A DNA stretch of 64,000 bases from Lingula anatina. Taxonomy: Eukaryota > Animalia > Brachiopoda. A model generated the notes under the pieces. That model was given only the letters and a program-made list of their open reading frames with translations, searched no databases and was not told the origin of the DNA. This document shows, piece by piece, positions 12,518 through 25,401 of this stretch. Numbering within the stretch: the stretch's first letter is position 1; the number at the start of each line of letters is the position of its first letter. The DNA is taken from assembly GCA_051362555.1 (NCBI GenBank), contig CM120646.1:16554001-16618000 (forward strand), given 5' to 3'. A program made the translations under genes and the position numbers.

Positions 12518-13855
12518 ATGAGGTGCCGTAGAATCCGACCAAAACACGTCCTGAAATTAACTGCCTGTTTTGTACTGGCGATGATACTTACTTATCGCAA
12601 ACAGGCTTCTGTTGAGCTGGAACCGGAAACGATTCCTTTTTGCCACGGTGTTCACGAGCGGATATACGCACGTTCCTGGACGATGTCAGGCATAGCCGCC
12701 TATCCTTCCTCTCGGACCTACCCCGTCAGTTTTTGTGTCTATACGTCACACATCAAAACTTTTTCCCGCCAGACGGTGAAAAGCGATCGTCTGAATAATC
12801 CAATATACAAAGAGGTGTCGTTAATGACCCCAGCCTTTACTTGGGAATATCTAACATCCTCACAAGGCTTTCAGTACTATGACTTTGTAATACGCGTGCG
12901 GGCGGTTATCAAAACTACCCACGCAGTTTTAGAGCGGAGTCACTTATTTCGAGCACGCGTCAATGATTCTTACGATTTAGTCGATAACAGCGGGTATTTT
13001 TTACCGATACCTAATATAGGATCGTGTATAAGAGGAGGGGCAGAAGATGCCCGGATGTTTGTTGCAAACGGCGAAACAATGTTGGTATATAACCAGTGTA
13101 CAGGCATAGTTCGAACAGCAGCCAAAGGTAAAGTGAGATCAGTATCAGTGTATCTCTACAACCTCGACACGGACAACACTCCGAGAAAAATACGGGTCAG
13201 TGGTATGAAACTTCAAATCGAGGAGAAAAACTGGACACCTTTAACTTTGGGTGACAAAGACCCTACGTGCAACCAAAAGTTGAACCATTTATCATGTGGA
13301 GAGACGGTTTTAGTATACTCCTTGTCACCAGTAGTCATATTAAAGTGTAATTACACCTCGGCGGTATGCTACCCCATCACTGGTACAGAACGATTCATAG
13401 ATGGCGCCACTGATTTAAAATTGCAATATTTACGGAATGGAACTCCCTTTCTCCACTACAGAGACGATCTTTATATTTCACTGGCACACAGAATTTATCG
13501 TGATGTTTATCAAATCCACTTGGTCGTTCTCAGCACCAGGATATGGCGTTTAGTTTACATAAGTGAGCCTGTCACGTTTCACAGTAATATCTACTGTTTA
13601 ACGTCGAAAATGTCACCATTCCATCCCTTCATATTTCCCACGTCACTTGCACTAAAAAGTCCAAATGTGCTTCATATTGGAGCCCATGTTAATGACAAAA
13701 AAGTAGTGATATTGGAACTGGCAGGTATTCAGAAACTGTTTGGAAGTCTCGTAGATCAGACGAAAAGCAAAGGGCTATCAGACTTAGACGTCCAGCTGTA
13801 CCTGGAGAAATATGGTCATTTAACGAAGGGGAGACCCAGCACGTGTAGAAAGTGA
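12518..13855 (+). CDS. Type II membrane GT91/Bmt-like (beta-1,2-mannosyltransferase, DUF3589-like; GH130-related beta-propeller) protein, 445 aa, intronless CDS
   Basis: Open 445-aa ORF with aaaATG context. Basic N-tail plus short hydrophobic anchor (MRCRRIRPKHVLKLTACFVLAMILTY). Ordered motifs GAEDARMF..LVYN, EEKNWTPL, VYSLSPVVILKC, LRNGTP, HLVVL..LVYISEP, FIFPTSL, HVND..VILELAGI match from memory the GPEDPR / EKNWTPF / LRGGT motif series of Candida Bmt proteins. The family call is by motif recognition, not a search. Confidence 0.72.
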   Translation: MRCRRIRPKHVLKLTACFVLAMILTYRKQASVELEPETIPFCHGVHERIYARSWTMSGIAAYPSSRTYPVSFCVYTSHIKTFSRQTVKSDRLNNPIYKEVSLMTPAFTWEYLTSSQGFQYYDFVIRVRAVIKTTHAVLERSHLFRARVNDSYDLVDNSGYFLPIPNIGSCIRGGAEDARMFVANGETMLVYNQCTGIVRTAAKGKVRSVSVYLYNLDTDNTPRKIRVSGMKLQIEEKNWTPLTLGDKDPTCNQKLNHLSCGETVLVYSLSPVVILKCNYTSAVCYPITGTERFIDGATDLKLQYLRNGTPFLHYRDDLYISLAHRIYRDVYQIHLVVLSTRIWRLVYISEPVTFHSNIYCLTSKMSPFHPFIFPTSLALKSPNVLHIGAHVNDKKVVILELAGIQKLFGSLVDQTKSKGLSDLDVQLYLEKYGHLTKGRPSTCRK

Positions 13856-14132
13856 GGACATCTTTATTTCATAATGTTTATTTCCCAATCTTTATCGACT
13901 TTTCCTATGATTTTTACACACCCGTTGGAGGGATCCGAATCAGATTATGTAAAATTATAAATCTCCATATCCTTATAACAATGCAATGTATGTATAAATT
14001 TATTAATCAATTACCAAAGAGCTTACTGCTTTCACCCTATATTAAATCTACTAATTGTGTAGATATGATTATCTTTTATTATACTTTTCTTTGTAACACG
14101 TAAGCGTTTAAGAGAAAGGAACGTGTTGTAGT

Positions 14133-15680
14133 GAACCATTTTATACATATGGAATGAATGTCCTAAACTTAAATAATTTTAGTACGCTAAATGCAAGTGT
14201 GGGCCCGAAATAGGACATTACGTTTTCGACTTACTTAGCTTACTTAGACCGCATTCTCAACGAATTGAGCCAGGCTTTACAAGTCCTGAGAACTAAAAAT
14301 GGCGGACGTACATGAAAGAAAAACCGCCTAATCTTTTAATAGTCTCTCCGCCTCTCACACGCCTCCCCACACGTCGTCCCTGCGGGGTACAGTAATTAAA
14401 TCTCGGTTCCGTTCGCCATGCGGAAGCTACCTGAGAAATATTAAGTGCGCATGCTCATTGGTCAGTTATTGGTCATCAGCTAGTTCCCCTTCTTCAGTTG
14501 AAAGTGGGGAACAAGGCAAACATCAGCATAAGAACGAACTGTGCCCTTTGACAAGACTGCATACGCAAAAGTTCTGCCCACCTCCAACTCCGTCTACTGG
14601 GGCTGGGTATCTCTGTGAATATCTCCGTGAATATCTCTGGTGATATTATCTTCGTAGATAGTCGATTCATTGCTGCTCTACGGGCCAATTCATTCCTTTT
14701 TCGTCTCTGTTTTGAAAGATAATAGAACAGAAGAGCTTTTTTCCTTCGATCGCCTTCGCTCGCCATGCTTTCTTCACCACGAGTTTAACTGATGAGCATG
14801 CGCATTTAATATTTCTCAGGTAGCTTCCGCATGGCGAACGGAGCCGAGATTTAATTACTGTACCCCGCAGGGACGACGTGTGGGGAGGCGTGTGAGAGAC
14901 GGAGAGACTATTAAAAGATAAGGCGGTTTTTCTTTCATGTACGTCCGCCATTTTTAGTTCTCAGGATTTGTAAAGCCTGGCTCAATTCGTTGAGAATGCG
15001 GTCTTACTTAGCAGATAACGCAATCTAAAGATTCCACGGTTCGTGTCAGATTTACGTAAGGTCGCGCAAAGAAAAAAAAAATTAGTCCACATAATGACCA
15101 GTTAAATGATTTACAGGTATCCCCGACGCTCGTAATCTACATATTCTAAGTGAAGTCTCCAACTCCTAACTTCTCGAAATTACGTCTGCTCCGTGCTCCG
15201 GCTCTCCCAATCTCCTTCTTCTCTTTCTCCCTCCTCTTTTCCGTTTCTCCTATACTTACCGGTACATTTCCTATTGGCCATTTTGTGTCTAGAGTCGGAT
15301 CTTCTTTGGGCGCATTTTAACGTAAACTGGCAAGTGCTGCCAGATATGTATTAATGAACCTTTTTCATACATATGGAATGAATGTCCTAAACTTATATAA
15401 TTTTGAACGCTCAATTCAAGCGTGGGCTCGAAATAGGACATTACGTTTTCGACTTACTTAGCGGATAACGCAATCTAAAGATTCCACGGTTCGTGTCAGA
15501 TTTACGGAAGGACGCGCAAAGAAAACCCAAGTCTACATAATGACTAGCTAAACGATTTATTCGTCGACTCTCGGTAACTACAAGCTTAGTGAAATCTCCA
15601 ACTCCCAAATTCTCGAAACCACGTCTGCTCCGTGCTCCGTCTCTCTCAATCTTCTTATCTTCTCTTTTTCTCACTCTTTT
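14133..15680 (+). repeat. Diverged tandem duplication of a ~330-bp unit (copy 1 14133-~15240, interrupted by a transposon; copy 2 15356-~15680, intact)
   Basis: Both copies share atacatatggaatgaatgtcctaaactta, aaataggacattacgttttcgacttacttagc, gataacgcaatctaaagattccacggttcgtgtcagatttacg and acgtctgctccgtgctccg. Confidence 0.85.
14247..15003. mobile_element. Non-autonomous DNA transposon, probably a PIF/Harbinger deletion derivative (757 bp, 212-bp TIRs)
   Basis: TIRs at 14247-14458 and 14792-15003 have 5 mismatches by manual comparison. TTA flanks both sides (14244-46, 15004-06), the typical 3-bp Harbinger TSD. The internal minus-strand ORF 14494..14766 (MASEGDRRKKALLFYYLSKQRRKR...RRSW) resembles a Harbinger transposase N-terminus. 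The element is absent from the neighbouring duplicate copy. Confidence 0.8.
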
Positions 15681-18600
15681 TCAAGGTATCAATTCCCATG
15701 GCTGATATACTAATTTCTTATTTTACATGGATCCAATGCTGCCTATTGCGCGATCCTAATCTACATCATAGTAGCAGATCACCCGACGTCTCCGTTTCAC
15801 GTTTTTCTCCCAAACTACAACGAACTGTTGACAACTGACAGGATAACGTCACTGGTCGTTAAGTGCGATCGCGAGTTGCTGAGCACTCGGAACTACTCGA
15901 CAATATGGAGCTTGCGGAGTTAGCCGAGGATTGCCGATTGAGTTGCTGAGTACTATTCTTCCCTTCATTATTTCATTTTATATTCATATTCATATAAGTG
16001 TGGGGATAAGAATTTCACACATAATATAGTACATAGAGAGGTTCTATCAATCATGAGTACTTATATCTTATCATGATTCAGTGATTGATATGACGGGTAT
16101 TAGCTAGTTATAATTGTATAGTTAATTTCTTTACCTCGGCGTTATACAAAGAGGCCGCCACATTACCCAAGAACTATTGGCCCACAACAGGTTACATAAT
16201 ACGACTTCATAAAATATCTTTTTAATCTTTATGTCGGACACGACAGTATCTTACTATAGAGAGATTGACAACTTAATAACCTGGTCATTACTTAAAAGAG
16301 TCACCTGTCGGGTACCTGTAAATCTTGAACCCATGTAATATGATGTGTATGATGGGACCAAGTCTAAACGGAGCCATGCGCTCAATATGACCGGTTAACT
16401 GGATTGATTTTGATTAATTCAAACTGTTAGAAGTTGTGAACTTGTGAAAGGGAGCAACCCCAACCCCCGTAGCATTATAACGTATGCTGTATAATAGTAA
16501 TAAGATTTTTTTCTGACTTTCATCAATTTCGTTTTTTTTTTTTTTTTTTTTTTTTTTTTGAGCCAATATTTTTAATGCGGACGGCTCCCTGGATTCCACG
16601 CCATACCTTCAGAGTTTTTCACTTAATAACTGCTTAATCCCTGCTTTAAGCTCCAACTAAACCGTTGTGATACAGATAAGTAAACCATCCAACGTAAAAA
16701 GGGCAGTTGATTTGCCTGATTTTGAGTAAATATGTCATTGCACATTGCAAAGTCATTAATTCATCTGCTTTCATTAGCCTTCCAGATGATGTTCAAAGTA
16801 CAAGCATGAAGACTGGATAGTCTAACGCGCTGGCGTGCTCAGTGAAAGACTCAATATTTTAATGTTGATTGCAGTGGTTCGCTCAATTTTGAAATTATAT
16901 TTTTATTCGCTGAATGCATTTTAGCAGAAAACAAAATACAGTTCCAAATGTTTTCATCACATACTAGTACAACAATTCATCTCGGTTTACCGCAAAGTTA
17001 TAATCGCTTCGCAAGCCTTGTTTGAAAAACTGATATGCTCGAGGATTTCCCGGATTAAATGTCTTATAATTTCTTATTAATCTGTTCCGCCAATACTTAC
17101 ATGTACAGCATTTATGTCGCTTTCGTGTCTATTGGTACACTTGGTCATCTGCTCGGCACAAAAAATTCAATAAGCCGGAGGCTACTTTTCACTATTTCTG
17201 TATCCCTTATATATATTTATATATATATATATGTAACCAGATACTGGCACTACGAATACGTGTGCATGGCGCCACGTGTTGTTTTCCTCTCGAACCCTGG
17301 TAAGAGACAGTCTTGAAAGCGTCATCTCGCAGAGTGAGATCATCTTTATATCGTAAAGGGTTCAATCAAGACGACCACTGAGAAAAGAGACAAGGAGCAC
17401 TGGTATCGATCTAACGTGCCAACTGTGAAGTGGGGATTTCATGGAAAATCCGTTCAACTTAGAGATAAAAACTACCGGAGATAATTAGTGAAATGTAGCA
17501 CATGAACATGCACGGTAGGCATGCTTTAGTAAAAAATATGTATTAAAGAAAAAACAGGTGCTCTGAAGTAAGAGGAGTATAGTCAGATTTTGTGATGTGG
17601 AGAGTGACTTTCTGAACCAATCAGATATTGATATTAAATCATCAAAAATATTTTACAAAAAAAAAACAAATTAAATGGAAAAATGATTTTTAATATTCTA
17701 CACTCGAGAACAAAAGTAACATATAAGAAAGAATTAAAACCGGAAATATTCATCTATAGATTTAAGCAGAAAGTGAAAAATCACTACCGAATAAATTTCA
17801 AATGGGAATTTTACCGTGAGAGAATTTGCCAAATCCATAAAATGAAATAAAAGTTGAAAAATACTTTTTACTTCGGTGCACTGGTTATAAAGAAAAATAC
17901 ATTAATTTCATTATAAGCTGAGTCTTTAAACTGATAAAGCCATTTCTTTGTAATATATAATAGAAACACATAAAAGACAACTTGCAAAGTTTATAGCCAC
18001 TAAGTATAAGACAAGAACGCTTATGCACGTTAAGTTTTTAATTAGCCCAGAGGGCTGGATGTTTTTCAAGCAATAAAGTGGGTAACACGACATTATAATA
18101 AATGAATGTATGATGAATGAATTGATAAACGAACATCCCCCTCCTAGTATTGGTACTGTATGTATGCGCCAGTACGTATGTATAGTACTCACTTACCGAG
18201 CATCATAGTCTAACATCATATTCCAAGTCATAATTTAAGATCGCTTGGTCAATTACTACTGATACTATTTAATGCTTTTGAGACATGGTCACCTCTCCCT
18301 ACAGGTCTATGGACTTAATGAATGGAAAAGTCTTTCAGTGTACGCCTACTTGAGATTCATATAGAGACTCATGACAATTTTAATACAGGAACTTAAATGT
18401 TATATTTTTGATAATTTTCATAACTCATTGAGATGGATTTTAAAACTGACCTTTCCCATTTTGCCTTAGATGTATCATCTTAATGTTTTAGCTGTTTATT
18501 TTACACTCTAGGGGTTAGTAAATAACAGATTACCGGTATCATTGAGCCAATGTATATGGACTGAATTGCAATTATAATGATTTAATTGGTCACGAATAGA

Positions 18601-20017
18601 ATGAGACGATACATCTACATTTACTAGCGATATACCCTGAACGTCATGTCTGTGTGCATGCCCGATTCTCCTTTTTCAATTTTTTCTGTCTCCGTGGGGC
18701 TCTAATATTAACCTCGCATGCTTAGGTCTGATACTTCGCGTACATGTACCACACGTTCACGTTAAAGGTTTTGTTTGACACTATTACATGTGTGCATGTG
18801 AGAAATGTATTATCCGGTCACGACCATGTAAGACTCACGAACATAAAATGACGGACAGATATTACTCTGTTACTAGAGGCCATCTGAATGATGCCATTAA
18901 TTTCACAGAAACACATGTATTCTCGCTGGATAAAGTAAAGGAAAGTGTAAAGAATGAGCCAGCGACACATTTGTGAATACCTAGTGAAATATCAATCTGA
19001 CCTTGGTAGAGGGTAGATAAAGCTGAAAATTTACCTTAAGCTAGTATGTGTATATATCGCTGACACGGATCTATACAGCAAATTGAACCTCTGTAATTAC
19101 CGGTACATGTAATTTCAATGGTCCGTGATTAGACCGTCATACTGAAACCCGTCTCCTAGTTTTACTAGTATAAAATAAACACTGATGTGAAAGTAAACAT
19201 GATTATTTTGAAGAATCAAAAAGATGCTGTTCTCTCTGCACTGAATAATATCATCATGTATGACAACAAAAGGATGTGGTTTTGTTGAAGAAGGACGAAG
19301 GAGATCGATATGCGGCCGCGCAAAAAGGTTGCGTCAAAATATTCTATATTTAAGAATCATATTAGCTAAATTATATTGTGTGACGTCGATTTATTATCAA
19401 AATGTCAGAGGGGCATTCAAAATGGCAAAGGATTGTCAGTTTGAGCACGTGATGCAGCAATACTAAAACAAAGAATCTGAGGATGCATGTATGACACTAA
19501 CATCCTGTACATCACCTGAGCATACGCTGGGCTGTCTCACAAATCTCTTTCTTTTCTTTTCTTTTTCTTTATTTAAAACCCGGATATCTATTAATAATGA
19601 TTTTTTATGATATTGAACGTACCGTATACCCAGTGTATTTTCTCAGCTGCATGCCTCCAGAAAACAAACCATGGCAAAGTTTGCTTAATTTGTAATCAAA
19701 ATGTGTATTTCAGATACCAATTACAATAAGCTATCTTTGCTACAGTACTCCCCGGTGCAGATGTTCTCCCTTTGTACAGTGCATGCCAAATAAAGGTGTG
19801 GGGTACTGGGATACTAGTACACTGTATACTACCATATAGCAAATTCAAGACAGAAAGCGCATTTTCTTCCTCACATGTTCCGACTATGATTAACAATTAA
19901 ATGATGCACACGTATAAGTCAAAATCGTTGAACTGTCTAAAGACACTGGCACTCGATTAAAATCTCATACTAAAGTAGTGACGTATGGCATAAAAATAAC
20001 AACTATTAGAATATTGT

Positions 20018-23000
20018 TTAATTTCTGGCACATTTAATCATGCACTTGATTGCCTGACCACTCTTTGCCATCTCAAAGGCTTCCAGCGTCTGTTCTAGGT
20101 TAAACCGGTGGGTGACCATCGGCTTAATGTCCACTTGGCCTGAAGACACCAGCTCAATGGCCACAGGGTAGCTGAAATAGTACTTATAACGTTGATATAT
20201 ACAGGCAATGATAATGTTTCTTCAGCGAATCAAATACATGTAAAAAATTCATGTACATGTAATTATATAAAGTTGGACAATATTTCACTGGCCCGAGAGT
20301 AGAATCAATAGAAATCAGTAGAATACAACGTTTAGAATCCTCTTAGTTACATGTACAGTGAAAAAGTGAACTGACCAATGAATTTAATATAGAGTAGTGA
20401 TGTACATTCAGCCTAACCAAAAGCCTTGTTTTATAATAGCCCCATTTACCGACTTAATTGTATTTACCACGCTTATACAGTAGCTATATCATTTTACCAG
20501 TGATTGGGAAACAATCACGATTTCATTCAACTTTGACAATATCAGTCATTTCATGTCACAAAAAAAGCAGTGCAGCAAATCACTGTAGTAGGACACCTTG
20601 CTTGACAGTGCTCCTCAAATTGCTGCAGAGATACTACAAACTTACTCATTGCAGTAGCGAAGATTAGTGTGAACGTCAATTTCCTTGGCAACTGCAAGAC
20701 CCAGGGGGATGGTGACGTCAGGAGGACCTATACCGACCACCTGCACGATGCCACCCGGTCTTGTGGCCTGAAATATTCATGGATGTTAGATAAAAAAAGA
20801 AATGGGCGTCGTTTTCGTCATGCTGCCAAGAGGATATTCATTACATTCGGTTTTTATTCTTACTATGAACTGTCAGAAATTACATAGGAAAATGCATGGT
20901 TATTATGGTTGGAATATCCATATGGACGTTAATAATAATTCATTAAATATGTACACTTTTAAAACATACAGCTTAATGCTTAATCACGGGCACTCACTTG
21001 TGCCAATTAAGATCATGCTTCGTGTTCAAACTGAACTGTTTTTTATTCGTGTTCAAACTGAACTGTTTTTTTTATTATTTTTTACTTTCAACCTTAAACA
21101 ATATTATAACATTTTGTGAAACTCTGTGAATTAACTTAATCATGCAACCAGAAACATATTGGTCATTATTTAAACATTGCAATCACTAGTACCTTTCTAT
21201 GTGGAATACCTTATACAGGGACAAACTCTTACTGGATGACATACTACATGAAGTATATGTATACAAGTTCTGTATACAAGTACCATATAGGTCTTATTCT
21301 ATAGGCCTACAGATAGATTAATCCGATGAAATATGACTTATAATACAATTTGACGGGAAGGGATATTAAAACGTGTAAGGAAGCTTCGGGAGCTAGGGAT
21401 ACCTGTACTCGCCAGGAACAAAGTAGATTAATTGATTTTAAAACTCAACTGACGAAATACTGACTGCTACTGAAGGGTTGCTGCAATGCCACAAAAACAA
21501 AACACGTACAATGCAACAGCGACAGCATTACTTTGAAGTATTGATAACAATGAACCATATTCAAATATACGTATTTACATGAAACCCAAGTTGCAGTCCT
21601 GACTCCACTCCAGTGCATTCCACTGTGACACGTGGTAGACATCCCATCGCGACCTTGACCTTGTCAGCTACAGCCTCGGTGTCGTCCTTGGGGTCAATCA
21701 GGATGGTATAGTTGGCTCCAAAAGATTTTGCGAATTCCAACCGCGATTCCGAAATGTCTGTTGCATTGTATATAAAAAATATGTATATAAGGTATATAAT
21801 CTGAATTTTAAGATCGAATGTGTCCGGCCACTTTGATATTTTCTTTGGTTTTACAAAGAATGGTGTTAAAAGTAAGTGGGCTATAACTGACTTATCAAGG
21901 ATCAAAGTAGACTAAAAATTGGCTGTAGAATGCAAAATTAATTTCCGGACTGAAGATATTTTGTGTGTGTAGTTATATGCTTGTGCGTGACAGATACAGA
22001 CCTGTTATGCAGATTGCAGTTGCCCCCATTGCTTTGGCTGCCACAAGCACCATTAAACCAATAGGACCTGGAAATAGCAAGCATACATGTACAATTATAC
22101 CACTAGTAAAAGCTGACAAATAGAAATATACGTTCTTCAACACTGGCTTTCCTTTAACGAGTCTTTTATTTAGTTTTTAGGATCTCTCCCTCTCTCTCTC
22201 AGGGGTCATATACCTGCTCCTGTTATTAGTACGGTGTATCCAGGCCCTATCTGCGCACGCCTACAAGCATGAACGCCCACAGAAAACGGCTCCATCATGG
22301 CGCCCTCTTCAAAGCTCATGTTGTCTGGAAGTCTAGAACATTGAATGCAAGGTGATTGTGTTCTTTCGTACACACGCCTACATATCTATCATTTGGATAT
22401 TTGAATTTAGGTGATAAACAAATGAATGTGTTACATGTGTTCATTCTGCACTATTAATCTAAGTTCTACTATAAAAATGTTCACTCTTCAGGTTTCTGTA
22501 ATGTATAATTATCACAAGTGGCATATTTAATTAGAAAAATAAGTGAATAATAAAAAGCATTATATTTCACAAACTCCAGAACAGTATTACTTGTGGCAGA
22601 ATTTGGCGTTGTGGCAGTAAAATCTTCTCAGCGTTCCATCGTCCGGAGGAGTGGCACAGAAGGTCAAGTCATCACATAGATTGTACCTCCCCTCCATACA
22701 GACGCTACACTGCATACAGGGGACGCCGGGCTCTATGGCAACGCGATCACCTGAAGAGGAAGAGCTTTAGTAAATAGACAAAATAAAGTTAATCGGATGG
22801 ACAAATCGATAAGGGGTCCCTGATATTATCATTCATCTGTTATAAAACCAGCGTGCCTCGTGGTTTTTAGATCGTAGGTTTTGAATGAAACCCATTATCT
22901 TACTTTGCAGCGTTATTTATGTAAGGCTCCTGCGATTTTATCTACGTTTGTTTCATGTCTTTTGCACACGTGTAAATCTGTAAATGGATACAAACTCGTA

Positions 23001-23924
23001 ATAGTTTACAGTAACAATAGTATTTTAAAAGATAATAGCATATACATGTACATGCACACACATTGGAGAATATTGTCAATCAACAATGGGAAATAATACA
23101 TATACATTTATGACATTTTACATTCAGGGTTGACTCACATTATTTTCAGTGAAATAGCATCCTAAGGGGAAGGGGATAGGTTGAATACCACTGTGCACGT
23201 ACTGGTACCTTTAAGAGCCGTTCACCAAGATCCCTTCCTATTGGACGCCCTAAAATCCCGTCCTTTACCCCTAACTAGTTAACATTGCTATACCGTCGGT
23301 AAATGGAACGCTATACTTACCCACTTTCAGGCTGGTGACCCCCTCCCCTAGGGCTACCACGGTCCCGCTGCTCTCGTGGCCCAGGATTAAGGGGTTACGG
23401 ACCACGTATACCCCTATGATACCCTTCTGCCAGAACTTCACGTCCGATCCGCAAATGCCAACAGAGTGCATCGCCAGCTGAACCTCTGTTTAAAAAACTT
23501 TGCTTTTAAAGAATTATAATGCATGGTTTATTATTTGATTAAAAAGCAATGCTGTGTCCTCAAAATAAATATGCGTTATACAGACTACTGGTAAAGGTTC
23601 ATCTTCTCAGCTTTATCAATACATTTATTTGTACCTGTACACGTAAATCTCATACAGTGACAATGTTGACCTGCATGTCTGTCCCGCACCCCATGCACCT
23701 AATTAAGCCACTACATTTGCAGCTGTATCGTAATAACAGTTGTGTAAACACATATCACAAGACAAAACACATATAAACAATTAATGTGATCATAACCGTT
23801 TTATGAAAAAGAGCACGTGTATCTTTACCTCCCCTTTTGGGCTCAGGAATGTCAGTTTCCTCCTGCAAAGAAGGACAACGCACATGAATAATTGTGACAT
23901 TCATCCCTCATTTGCAACATTGTC

Positions 23925-23963
<39 letters not shown>

Positions 23964-24035
23964 AGGGTAGGTAAATATTACCAGCCGAAGGTCTCCCACA
24001 GAGCGCAAAATCGCCGTTAAATTTTTGTCAGTCAT
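20018..24035 (-). CDS. SORD: Sorbitol (polyol) dehydrogenase, zinc-dependent MDR family, 9 exons, 350 aa
   Basis: Exons (minus): 24035-23982, 23862-23829, 23485-23321, 22750-22591, 22332-22214, 22067-22002, 21757-21579, 20767-20646, 20171-20018. All introns are GT-AG and phases are consistent (1053 nt). Motifs: [19 protein letters not shown], CxxCxxCx7C, FCATPP, EP, GAGPIG, NAD-specifying Asp (TDISESRL), RYCN, VTHRF. Confidence 0.95.
23928..23967. repeat. (GA)n microsatellite in SORD intron 1
   Basis: Direct reading. Confidence 0.85.
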
Positions 24036-24165
24036 CTTTTGGTTAATATTGAGCTGCGATGTCTGGACAGGGGCCTCTGCAAAAACCTTGGTTGAGCGAG
24101 ACTTGTTTCAGGTCATCGATATAGATAAATAAAATCGACCTATTATGTGTAGGATCAGTGTCACA

Positions 24166-25401
24166 CTTATCCTTATCTCTTGGTAGAAGATATTTGGTGT
24201 CACAGCAGTTCAAGGGCAGTGTCGTGATATTTAGGACCCACAGATCAAACCTTTAACATCTGGGTCAGTTATATTAACAGAGTTGGATTGGGAAAGGGAA
24301 ATGGAAAGGGCCTAACCTCTGACACAGTTTGTATCAGGGCCACACTAAATAAAATACTATACAAAATTACACTGCTTTTCAACATTTTGCAACAGACTAC
24401 TTGCGCATCCTGTGGTCAGAGAGTAAATAGGTCCTATTACGTTCAAAATGGTTTCCGTTCATTGGAAAGTTTTGTCAAGATGTGTCATTGTTGATGAATG
24501 TCATTTCAAGCTTGGATTCAGTACCATACCCAGTATTAGCCTGGAGGTGCTGCCTCGTTATTGCGCAATTGAGGTGAACCTAAGTTAACACCAAGGGTTC
24601 AAAGTAAGGTCAGCGTCGTAAATTATTTTTAGGTTTACCAAGTTTTCAACCGTGAGGTGGAGCTCAAAATGACAGAAAAACGTTGCAATAAAAGTTATCT
24701 TTTTTTTTGCATGCAATGTATATACGTGTATGTGGTCATTATGATTGACATTGATCTCATATTGTATTTCATCTACAACAATATCGTTACGAGTTACGAA
24801 CTTGTAGGTTTCCTTTTCCCTTCAAAACCATTATACTACCGCACTATACTGTCGTCGATTCTGCGAAAGGACGGTAAAGAAGTGACACTTTACAAACTTA
24901 AATTGAATAGCCTTGTAGTTTTAGCACTGACAGGCGCTGTTGGAAGAGGACACTTTATCGAACAGCTCAAAATATACAATCTGACCAACGACAGGTGATT
25001 AACTGGTGAATTCAAATGTATGTCTTTAACTGGACCTGTATGTATCTTTGCCCGATTTCACAAAAGAGCTAAAACTGAGAGTTGGTCAAACAGAAACCGG
25101 GAGAGAAAACTTTATGGACTTGCAGGCTAGCGTACTTGCATAGAATCCTGAAAAAAAAAAGCCTTACCCATCGCGCAAACTATGTTTTTCTTCTGAATTC
25201 ATTTTTATTAATTATTTGTTATACCTCTCCTAGGGGTGTGCATTTGCTTTTCTCTAACCTGTGTGTATGTGCACGCGCGCGTTTGTGTGCGTACAGTATG
25301 TGTGCACTGTGTGTCTTACATTGTACATCTGTAAACAACTCTTACCTTGTATACAAACACAGCAGAAAATTGTAAAAATTCCCTCTCTCTGCCCTTTGAC
25401 C
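24166..25401. promoter_or_regulatory. Candidate SORD upstream regulatory motifs (tandem GATA, C/EBP palindrome, nuclear-receptor DR1)
   Basis: cttatccttatct at 24166-24178; attgcgcaat at 24560-24569; gggttcaaagtaaggtca at 24595-24612; tgccctttgacc at 25390-25401. Motif matches only. Confidence 0.3.
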
